A DNA stretch of 33,999 nucleotides, from assembly GCA_944358225.1 (NCBI GenBank), contig CALVQP010000002.1, positions 1 to 33,999 of the forward strand, in the 5' to 3' direction. This document shows, piece after piece, positions 23,980 to 33,999 of the stretch. A program made the translations under genes and the position numbers. Below the pieces are notes generated by a model. The model saw only the letters and a program-made list of their open reading frames with translations, was not told where the DNA came from and did no database searches. This stretch comes from an uncultured Bacilli bacterium (GTDB taxonomy: Bacteria > Bacillota_I > Bacilli_A > RF39 > UBA660). How positions within the stretch are numbered: the first letter of the stretch is position 1; every line of letters starts with the position of its first letter.

Positions 23980-26002
23980 TTTCCTCACCAGCCATTGCAT
24001 TTTTCTTTTCTTTAACTGCCAAGGTTGCTTCATTTATAGCATCTTCTAATAATTTAATATCATCAGTAATGCTACTACTTGCCATAATAGCCCCATATTC
24101 ATACGGTAACTTTTTAAATTCTTTAGTTAATTTACGCATATAAGAAGCAACTTGCTTTTCATTATATCCTACTAAATAAACCAAAAATTCTGTTCCATCA
24201 GTTCGCATAATATCAGTATTATCAAGCTGTGTTTTAATTAAAATATTAGCAGCAGCCTTAATTTGTTTGTCGCCTTCTTCATAACCATAAGTATCATTTA
24301 TATATTGGATATTACTTATATCTATTACTATTGTTACTTGCGGATAAATAGTATTTTTATTCCAATGATCAATATTTTCATTTAAATAATTTCTGTTTTT
24401 TAAAGAAGTCAACTGATCAATAAACTTCATTTTATCTTCTCGTTTGATTCTCTTAGCAATCTTCACTTTTTTAGAAGCTTTATAAATAATAATACCAATA
24501 ATAATACCGCCAAATACTAAATATAAAATATATGAAGCAATAGTTCCTAAAAGCGTCCCATTTTTTTGAACAACTTCATTAGAATATAATCCCTCATTAA
24601 TAACTTCCGTAGGATCTAAAGTATTAATATATTTAACGAACAATCTATTAAATGTACTATTGGTATTCGCAGCAAAATTATAAGTACTATCAATTACCCC
24701 AGTGTATCTACTAGAATAATTTTTTAATTCTTTATTTTGTAAAGCTAAATAATTATTATGATCTAAAACTAATATTTTTTCTTTTTTTGTTAGTTTTTTT
24801 AATTCTTTATTATTTTTAAAAGTTTCTAAATCATATGATTTTAAATACTGCTCTAATACACTATCTTCTAAAACGCTAATTCTTTCATTTTTCAAAGAAG
24901 TTAAACTATTTATAACCATATTATTGTCTTTTTTAACTAAAACATCATACTTTACATTAAATAAAGTTTTTATAGTATCATAATCACTTTTTATATTATA
25001 AAAATCAAAATACATATCAATATCTTTTTTATTTATAGCTTTCATTAAAGCATCTTTACTTTTATATCGTGTATAAGAAATATCAATGCTAGCAAACTGT
25101 TTAAATCTATCTAGTAAAACATTTGTAATTCCGCCATAGTTAGACCCAGCTACTACTTCGTAAGGAGCGTTAGCAATAAATCCATAATTATAAGTTTTAC
25201 TGCGCAAGCGATCTTTTTGTTCATCACTTACTTCTAATTCTTCTGTAAAAAAAGTAAACAGTTCTTGATTATAATGATTTAAAAAATTTTTTAAAGTCCA
25301 ATTATTATAATATTTTTCTACAATGGATGCAAATTTCTCATCGGCAATATTTATATAAATTGTATAATATTGTGGTATATCTGATAAATGAAAATTAATA
25401 TAATTATCATCTTGTAAATAAACCTCTAAATATTCATTTAAAGGAACCAAAATATAATCTATTTCTTCTTGTTCATCAAAAGCATTTATTAACTTTTCTT
25501 TTTCATCATATTGTCTAAAACTCCCACCATTTATCTCGTTTAAAAAAGTTGTAACATGCGAAAGATCACGACTCAAAACACCAACTTTACGATTAGCCAA
25601 ATCCGCAATATTTTTAAGAGAAACATCTTTTTTTCCTATTAGTACATAATGATCTTTATATATTAGTAAATCATTGTCACTGAGCTCATTAGTTACTCTA
25701 AAAGAAATCCCTTCACCTGATTCGTCACCAGTGTAAGTATTAGGATTAATAGTTAAACCATATTCATTAGAAAAATCGGTAATAAAATCATAAAATACTC
25801 CTACACCATCATTAGCAAATATGTTAGTATTATTTTTTATCCCCATGTTTAAAACAATTTTATTGTTATTATTTATCCATTGTTTTTCTAAAATAGTAAG
25901 CTTATTATCATCTTTTAAAACATTTAGTAATATTATAGTTCCTACTATTAATAAAATTAAAATTATACCCCCAATTATTATTTTAGTTTTATTTCTTTTC
26001 AT
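23963..26002 (-). CDS. Membrane sensor with large extracytoplasmic region and degenerate GGDEF domain
   Basis: Two TMs flank about 450 aa. The C-terminal domain has the GGDEF-domain pattern (IDISNIQYINDTYGYEEGD .. RTDGTEFLVYL), but the signature reads DGTEF (nt 24199-24185). Confidence 0.65.
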   Translation of the reverse strand: MKRNKTKIIIGGIILILLIVGTIILLNVLKDDNKLTILEKQWINNNNKIVLNMGIKNNTNIFANDGVGVFYDFITDFSNEYGLTINPNTYTGDESGEGISFRVTNELSDNDLLIYKDHYVLIGKKDVSLKNIADLANRKVGVLSRDLSHVTTFLNEINGGSFRQYDEKEKLINAFDEQEEIDYILVPLNEYLEVYLQDDNYINFHLSDIPQYYTIYINIADEKFASIVEKYYNNWTLKNFLNHYNQELFTFFTEELEVSDEQKDRLRSKTYNYGFIANAPYEVVAGSNYGGITNVLLDRFKQFASIDISYTRYKSKDALMKAINKKDIDMYFDFYNIKSDYDTIKTLFNVKYDVLVKKDNNMVINSLTSLKNERISVLEDSVLEQYLKSYDLETFKNNKELKKLTKKEKILVLDHNNYLALQNKELKNYSSRYTGVIDSTYNFAANTNSTFNRLFVKYINTLDPTEVINEGLYSNEVVQKNGTLLGTIASYILYLVFGGIIIGIIIYKASKKVKIAKRIKREDKMKFIDQLTSLKNRNYLNENIDHWNKNTIYPQVTIVIDISNIQYINDTYGYEEGDKQIKAAANILIKTQLDNTDIMRTDGTEFLVYLVGYNEKQVASYMRKLTKEFKKLPYEYGAIMASSSITDDIKLLEDAINEATLAVKEKKNAMAGEENEKKI

Positions 26003-26011
26003 AATCCATTC

Positions 26012-26485
26012 CTACTCTTGTGCCACTGGAGTATTGTTATTCCATACAATATTCGTTCCATTGACATTCTTAGCTCCCATTATAGTAAATCCCTCAGAAC
26101 TATCAGTACTCTCACAATTTAAAATAAATTCTATATCATAATATCCCATCTGCTTTTCACTAAATTTTTCTAGTACTGTTACAGCCTTACCTTGAGCTTC
26201 AACTAAAGAAATTCCAGTATTAAATTCCATTTTTACATAAATAGTTCTTACACTTACTCTAACACTAGCTTCTTTTATAACTTCATCACTTTCTAATGAA
26301 GATACTATTTCTTCTTTTAATTCATCGCTTACTTCATACTTTTCTACATCTTCTAAACGATCTCCATAAGCACTCCCGCCAAAGAAAAATGACTTAAACA
26401 AAACAGCTAACATAAGTATCACACAAATAATAACAATAATCATTAATATTGAAAATACTCTATTTTCTTTATAAAATTTTTTCAT
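26012..26485 (-). CDS. Membrane-anchored hypothetical protein
   Basis: ORF track with an N-terminal TM. No family recognised. Confidence 0.45.
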   Translation of the reverse strand: MKKFYKENRVFSILMIIVIICVILMLAVLFKSFFFGGSAYGDRLEDVEKYEVSDELKEEIVSSLESDEVIKEASVRVSVRTIYVKMEFNTGISLVEAQGKAVTVLEKFSEKQMGYYDIEFILNCESTDSSEGFTIMGAKNVNGTNIVWNNNTPVAQE

Positions 26486-26583
26486 AAATTAACCTTCCTT
26501 TTTACATTCACATCCATTTAAATATTTCTACATCATTATAGCACGTATATTATAAGATGTAAATTGATGCATTTTTAAGAAAA

Positions 26584-29303
<2,720 letters not shown>

Positions 29304-29313
29304 AATTACAATC

Positions 29314-31398
29314 CTACATTTTTTTTAAACTTTTATGATTTTTAAGTAATTTTTTTACGCCATAGTTTCTCGCAAAAGCAACACTTACAAAAGATTCCTC
29401 TAATTTAACAACTACACCATGGCCATAAATCGTATGCATAACATTATCACCGACTTTATAATTATTATCATTATCAGTATCATAATACATTTCTTTATTT
29501 ATTTTCCTTTTTTCTTCCATCATCGGATTTTCTATATCAATTAAATTCTCATCAATTTCTTTGATAAAACGGCTTGGCATATTCATACTATCTTTACCAT
29601 AAAGCATTCTTCTTTTAGCATTAGAAATAAATAATTGTTTTTTAGCTCTCGTAATTCCCACATAACATAATCTACGTTCTTCTTCTAAACCATTTTCTTC
29701 CATTAAAGAATTCGTGTGTGGAAATATTCCTTCTTCCATACCCACTAAAAAAACCACTTCGAATTCTAACCCCTTTGCACTGTGAATTGTCATTAAAGTT
29801 ACTTCATCATTACTTTCTTTATGTTCACTAATATCAGCAATCAAACTTATCTCTTCTAAAAAATCTCCTAAATTAACACTGCCCGTTCTTTCCTCAAAAG
29901 AAGCAGTAATACTTTTAAATTCCATCAAGTTTTCTAATCTTAATTCTGCTTCCAAAGTTTTAATACTCTCCAAATCTTGTCTCATTCCCGATTTTTCTAA
30001 AATCAATTCTATTAATTCTGTTAATGATAAATTATTAGCTTCCTCAGTTAAATTTAGGATCAACTTTTTAAATTCTAATTCTTTCCCTTTACTAATTGCT
30101 TCAAACATACTCATACCTTGTTGCAATGCTTCTTTTTCTAATTTATCAATCGTTGTTTGACCAATTCCTCTTTTAGGCACGTTAATTACTCGCCTTAAAC
30201 TAATCTCATCTTGATGATTTAAAATTAAACGTAAATAAGCAATTAAATCCTTAATTTCTTTTCGAGCATAGAAATAATAGCTTCCCACTACTTTATAAGG
30301 AATATTTTCTTTTAAAAATTGTTCTTCAATTACACGTGCCTGTCCATTGGTTCGATATAACACCCCAATGTTATTATAAGAAAAACCTTCTTGCTTTAGC
30401 TTATTAATATGATCAATTACCTGTTTAATTTCATGTTTTTCATCATAAGCACGCATATATTTAATATTTATGCCCTTTCCTAAATCACTAAATAATTCCA
30501 CATCTTTACGTTCCTTATTATTTTTTATCACACTATTAGCAGCATCTAAAATAGTTTTCGTACTCCGATAATTCTGATTTAAGGTAATAACAGTAGCATC
30601 TTTATAATCTTTCTCAAAATTTAAAATATTTTTATAATTAGACCCTCTAAAGGCATATATTGCTTGATTAGAATCCCCTACTACAAATATATTTTTATAT
30701 TTTTTAGCAAGCATTTTACTTAATTTATATTGTACTTCATTAGTGTCTTGATACTCATCTATTAAAATATACGGAAATTTATCTTGATAATATTCTAATA
30801 CCTGTGGATGATGAGTAAATAAATCCACAGGAAGTTTTAACAAATCATCAAAATCTACTGAATTATTTATCCTTAATTTATCTATATAGGCATAATAAAT
30901 TTCTTTAGCCACTTTTTCGGCTGGAGTATTAAAAAATTGATCTATTTGACTATCATTAAGCATCTCATTTTTAATAAAACTAATCCTATTTTTAATATAA
31001 GAAGGACTATATATTTTCGGATCATAACCCTTATCTTTTAATAATTTTCTAATGATACTCGTTACATCATCGGAATCTAAAATCGTAAAATTATTATCTA
31101 ATCCTAAAGTGCTATAATTTTCTCTAATAATTCTAATTCCCAAAGAGTGAAATGTTCCTACAAAAGCCTTATGATCGGGTACTAACACTTCCAATCTTTC
31201 TCTCATTTCTCTTGCTGCTTTATTAGTAAATGTAATAGCTAATATCTTATAAGAAGGAATACCACTTTGAATCAAATAAGCAATTCTTGTTGTTAATACC
31301 CTTGTTTTGCCACTTCCAGCACCGGCTATTACTAAACATGGTCCTTCTTTATGATTAACTGCCTTTAATTGATTTTCATTTAATGTTTCTAAATTCAT
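29314..31398 (-). CDS. pcrA: ATP-dependent DNA helicase PcrA (UvrD family)
   Basis: GAGSGKT Walker A, DEYQDT, TIHSAKGLEF, and a C-terminal Tudor-like tail. Linkage to ligA supports it. Confidence 0.93.
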   Translation of the reverse strand: MNLETLNENQLKAVNHKEGPCLVIAGAGSGKTRVLTTRIAYLIQSGIPSYKILAITFTNKAAREMRERLEVLVPDHKAFVGTFHSLGIRIIRENYSTLGLDNNFTILDSDDVTSIIRKLLKDKGYDPKIYSPSYIKNRISFIKNEMLNDSQIDQFFNTPAEKVAKEIYYAYIDKLRINNSVDFDDLLKLPVDLFTHHPQVLEYYQDKFPYILIDEYQDTNEVQYKLSKMLAKKYKNIFVVGDSNQAIYAFRGSNYKNILNFEKDYKDATVITLNQNYRSTKTILDAANSVIKNNKERKDVELFSDLGKGINIKYMRAYDEKHEIKQVIDHINKLKQEGFSYNNIGVLYRTNGQARVIEEQFLKENIPYKVVGSYYFYARKEIKDLIAYLRLILNHQDEISLRRVINVPKRGIGQTTIDKLEKEALQQGMSMFEAISKGKELEFKKLILNLTEEANNLSLTELIELILEKSGMRQDLESIKTLEAELRLENLMEFKSITASFEERTGSVNLGDFLEEISLIADISEHKESNDEVTLMTIHSAKGLEFEVVFLVGMEEGIFPHTNSLMEENGLEEERRLCYVGITRAKKQLFISNAKRRMLYGKDSMNMPSRFIKEIDENLIDIENPMMEEKRKINKEMYYDTDNDNNYKVGDNVMHTIYGHGVVVKLEESFVSVAFARNYGVKKLLKNHKSLKKM

Positions 31399-31507
31399 TC
31401 TACCAAATCCTAACCTTATTTAAGTATATCAAAATTACTTCTAATATTAAATCCTTTTTTATATATCTCACAGCCAAAAACAAACTTTTGTACGCTAATA
31501 AAGCGGT

Positions 31508-31530
31508 TAAAAAAGTACTTTAACAGTACT
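31508..31530 (-). terminator. Terminator after ORF 31529..31816
   Basis: Minus strand: AGTACT-GTTAA-AGTACT followed by T6. Confidence 0.5.
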
Positions 31531-31816
31531 ATAAAAATTCGACAACATCAATATTAGAATTTAATTTTTCTAATAATGAATTTTTTTCATATTTAGTAAA
31601 AATCTTTTGAAATTTTGAAGGATCCATTAAAAACAAACGACTATAATTAATATATATTTGTTTATAATTATCAATTCCATATTCTTGCAAAAACTTCAAA
31701 TTATGAATTACTAAATCCTTAGCACTAATAAGCTCTTTAATTAATAAATCGGTAACATTATTTTCAGCTTGTTTAATTTCATCTTCGCTAAAATTCAATT
31801 CTTCTAAAAAGTTCAT
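31529..31816 (-). CDS. Hypothetical 95-aa protein
   Basis: ORF track with GGAGG-like sequence upstream. No family recognised. Confidence 0.4.
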   Translation of the reverse strand: MNFLEELNFSEDEIKQAENNVTDLLIKELISAKDLVIHNLKFLQEYGIDNYKQIYINYSRLFLMDPSKFQKIFTKYEKNSLLEKLNSNIDVVEFL

Positions 31817-31827
31817 TTTATTCCTCC

Positions 31828-33654
31828 TTAAGCTGCCAATGACATTGACATAGTATTGGGATCAAGAGCAATGTTAACCTCTTTAATAGACTCAGGATTT
31901 TTATGTTCTCCATACCACATCGAAGCATTGATAAGATCATTATCAGACGCCTCAATTTTTTTACTAATTAACCAGCTCAAATTCTTCTGAATATTAAATA
32001 TTCCAAATTTTTTACCAGCTATTACTACCACAGAATTTGAAGCAACAGTACTTTTAGCTTTAATATTATTAAAGATTTTCATAAAACGTTCCATCTGTTC
32101 TTGGTCTAATTCAATACTTTCTAAATACTTTCCACTTTTCCAAAAATCACTAAGAGCCATCACTACATCAGGGTTTTCTACCATCTCTATTAAAGCCTCA
32201 TTACACTTTTTGGCTGAAGGTAGAGATTTAGAATCAATATCAATTCCAAATAATTCTTTAAATTCTTTAGCACTTTCAATAAAACTTTCTACAGTTCCAT
32301 CTGCTTTTATATAATTAATACCATTTTCTTGACAATAATTCATTCTAGCAGCAGGTCCTCCAATAATCTTAGCCATATTAACAGGATCAATTCTAAAATA
32401 GTTTTCATCAATAGTTTCAATCAAATGAATTGCACTTTCTAATTTATTAGTCTCTCTACTAACAACGATTAAAGCCGGATTACCTGTATATCTTACTAAT
32501 GACATGCCTCTTTGAGCCAGTAACTCTAAATCATTACTCACTCTTTCATTTGGTATAACTGTCAGATACGGATTTTTGGCGATTAACATATCATTAACTT
32601 CATAGCCATATTTTTTAATTGTTTTAACATTTTCAACCAATTTTTTAATACCATTTACAAATTCTTTTAAACTAACTTCTTTAGGATCAATTCCATTTTC
32701 TTGACACAATTTAATTGCTTCTTTAACTTCACCAAGCGACATATTCAAAATAGCTGGAGTAAACTTAATATCCTCATCAGTAACGTCTAAATTTTGTTTT
32801 AAAAAGTCTTCAATACTTTCTTTAACCACTTTTTCTGTTTTGACAACTTTTTTTGGCTCATCACTTTTTTTAGGTTCTTCTTTTTTTGTATTACGTGCTG
32901 CATTTAAATGTGCATCTAAATCAAAAGCTTTCGTTGCCGCTTTAGTCGTCGATGTCTTTTTTACTGTACTAGCTGGTTTTTTAGCCACTTTCTTAGCACC
33001 AAACTCCAAAGCATCTTTAACCATATCACTAGTTGTCTTTCCCTTTTCAACAAAACTTTCCACAGCTGCTTTAAGACCTTGTTCTGGAAACATAATTGGT
33101 AATAACATAGCTTCAATTTCTTCTTCACTAAATACATTTAATTTACTTAAAGTTTCTCTAATACGTCTTTTATCAACATCATCTGCTCCAGATAATGCTC
33201 TATCAAGTAAAGTCTTTAATTCCTTACGGATTGTCTCTTCTTGTTTTAATCTTAAAGGTGCTTCACTAATAATATTTTTTGCCTCTTCGATTGCTTTGGT
33301 ATTATCCTCAATTTTATTTAATAAATCCTTCTTCTCTGCTTCTTCATTTTCGACAATAATTTTTGCCGCCTGAGTAATACTTGGCATATCAAATGGTAGT
33401 TTATTTGTATCAATAACATTAATATAATCTTTACCTATTTTAATAATACTTTCATTAAATCCTAGAAGTCCCTTAACATTTTCATCTATCTCTGCAACAC
33501 GGGCATTAAAATCCACATTTTCAGTTTCCGCTTGTTTTTTAGTATCTACTGCTTCTTTTTCACTTGCTTTTATTTCTGTAATTATTTCATTATCTTCCCT
33601 TGTTAAACTAACTAACTTATGCAAATCAGTTTCCGCTTTATATCCGATATTCAT
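31828..33654 (-). CDS. Hypothetical 608-aa protein (coiled-coil N-terminus, Lys-rich linker, helical-repeat C-terminus)
   Basis: ORF track with a GGAGTGG RBS. No enzymatic motif seen. Confidence 0.5.
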   Translation of the reverse strand: MNIGYKAETDLHKLVSLTREDNEIITEIKASEKEAVDTKKQAETENVDFNARVAEIDENVKGLLGFNESIIKIGKDYINVIDTNKLPFDMPSITQAAKIIVENEEAEKKDLLNKIEDNTKAIEEAKNIISEAPLRLKQEETIRKELKTLLDRALSGADDVDKRRIRETLSKLNVFSEEEIEAMLLPIMFPEQGLKAAVESFVEKGKTTSDMVKDALEFGAKKVAKKPASTVKKTSTTKAATKAFDLDAHLNAARNTKKEEPKKSDEPKKVVKTEKVVKESIEDFLKQNLDVTDEDIKFTPAILNMSLGEVKEAIKLCQENGIDPKEVSLKEFVNGIKKLVENVKTIKKYGYEVNDMLIAKNPYLTVIPNERVSNDLELLAQRGMSLVRYTGNPALIVVSRETNKLESAIHLIETIDENYFRIDPVNMAKIIGGPAARMNYCQENGINYIKADGTVESFIESAKEFKELFGIDIDSKSLPSAKKCNEALIEMVENPDVVMALSDFWKSGKYLESIELDQEQMERFMKIFNNIKAKSTVASNSVVVIAGKKFGIFNIQKNLSWLISKKIEASDNDLINASMWYGEHKNPESIKEVNIALDPNTMSMSLAA

Positions 33655-33785
33655 AATAAGCCACTCCTTATCTTAATACCAAAATTATAACAAACATCTT
33701 TAGCAAAGTAAATACATACGTTCAAATTTCACCAATATTCATTACTTAGAATATAATAAAAATGAAGTTAGGAGGAATATTTATT

Positions 33786-33999
33786 TTGAAAAAAAGAATT
33801 ATTATTTTATTAGCTATTATTTTAGTTTTTGGCTGTTGCTTTTTAGGTATAAAACTATTTAAAGAGGATGGACAAGATCTTAAAAAAATCAAAATAGCTG
33901 AAGTCACCCATTCTATATTTTACGCTCCACTATATGCAGCTATTGAAAATGGTTACTTTGCCGATGAAGGTATCGAAGTTGAACTTATCTTAACCCCTG
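33786..33999 (+). CDS. ABC transporter substrate-binding lipoprotein (NMT1/SsuA/TauA-like), 5' partial
   Basis: Hand translation: (M)KKRIIILLAIILVFGCC.. (lipobox-like) then KIAEVTHSIFYAPLYAAIENGYFADEGIEVELILTPG. AGGAGG lies 10 nt upstream of the TTG. There is an alternative in-frame ATG at 33762. The ORF runs off the window. Confidence 0.6.
   Translation, partial: MKKRIIILLAIILVFGCCFLGIKLFKEDGQDLKKIKIAEVTHSIFYAPLYAAIENGYFADEGIEVELILTP

Noticed and set aside
25821-26141. A 106-aa ORF antisense to the GGDEF sensor and the 26012..26485 gene.
   Set aside because: It spans two real genes on the other strand, and its hydrophobic composition is typical of an artefact.
32840-33373. A 177-aa Ser/Ala/Phe-rich ORF antisense to the 608-aa gene.
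   Set aside because: It is the mirror image of the Lys/Glu-rich sense ORF and has no RBS.
31529-33654. An impression that the 95-aa and 608-aa proteins contain mTERF-like helical repeats (..FLQEYGI.., ..CQENGI..).
   Set aside because: This rests on a few short recurring motifs only, and I cannot support a family assignment from sequence alone.

Overview
This is a very AT-rich window from a low-GC Firmicute that forms endospores (sigK, a sirA-like gene, lexA/yneF synteny). The left flank (1-11.9 kb) is housekeeping: a sortase B-like protein with a long N-terminal extension, an S1-domain protein, Nfu, recG carrying an in-frame TAA, yneF, a sirA-like gene, a divergent lexA SOS locus, rhomboid, TspO, kduI and argS. 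The right flank (21.7-34 kb) holds an anchored surface protein, yihY, a degenerate GGDEF sensor, ligA, pcrA, several orphans and the start of an ABC substrate-binding protein.

The centre (about 12315-21329, ~9.0 kb) is a compact skin-like element that splits the sporulation sigma factor gene sigK at a 4-bp AATG core. It carries a large serine recombinase, a RepL-like protein, excisionase-like HTH proteins and orphan genes.

Two things stand out. First, the recombinase ORF ends on a stop codon created at the attR junction. On the reconstructed excised circle it would continue in frame into a start-less 169-codon segment at the other end of the element that encodes two XRE-type HTH domains. So attP appears to lie inside the recombinase gene, and the protein would have integration-state-specific isoforms. 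Second, a terminator-bounded three-gene cargo operon encodes a HIT-family protein, a histidine phosphatase, and a 497-aa protein with an HExxH domain plus an unknown C-terminal domain. I cannot assign this operon to any described system; it is a candidate conflict or defence module.

No tRNA, rRNA or CRISPR was seen. All homology calls come from motif and pattern recognition by eye, not from searches.
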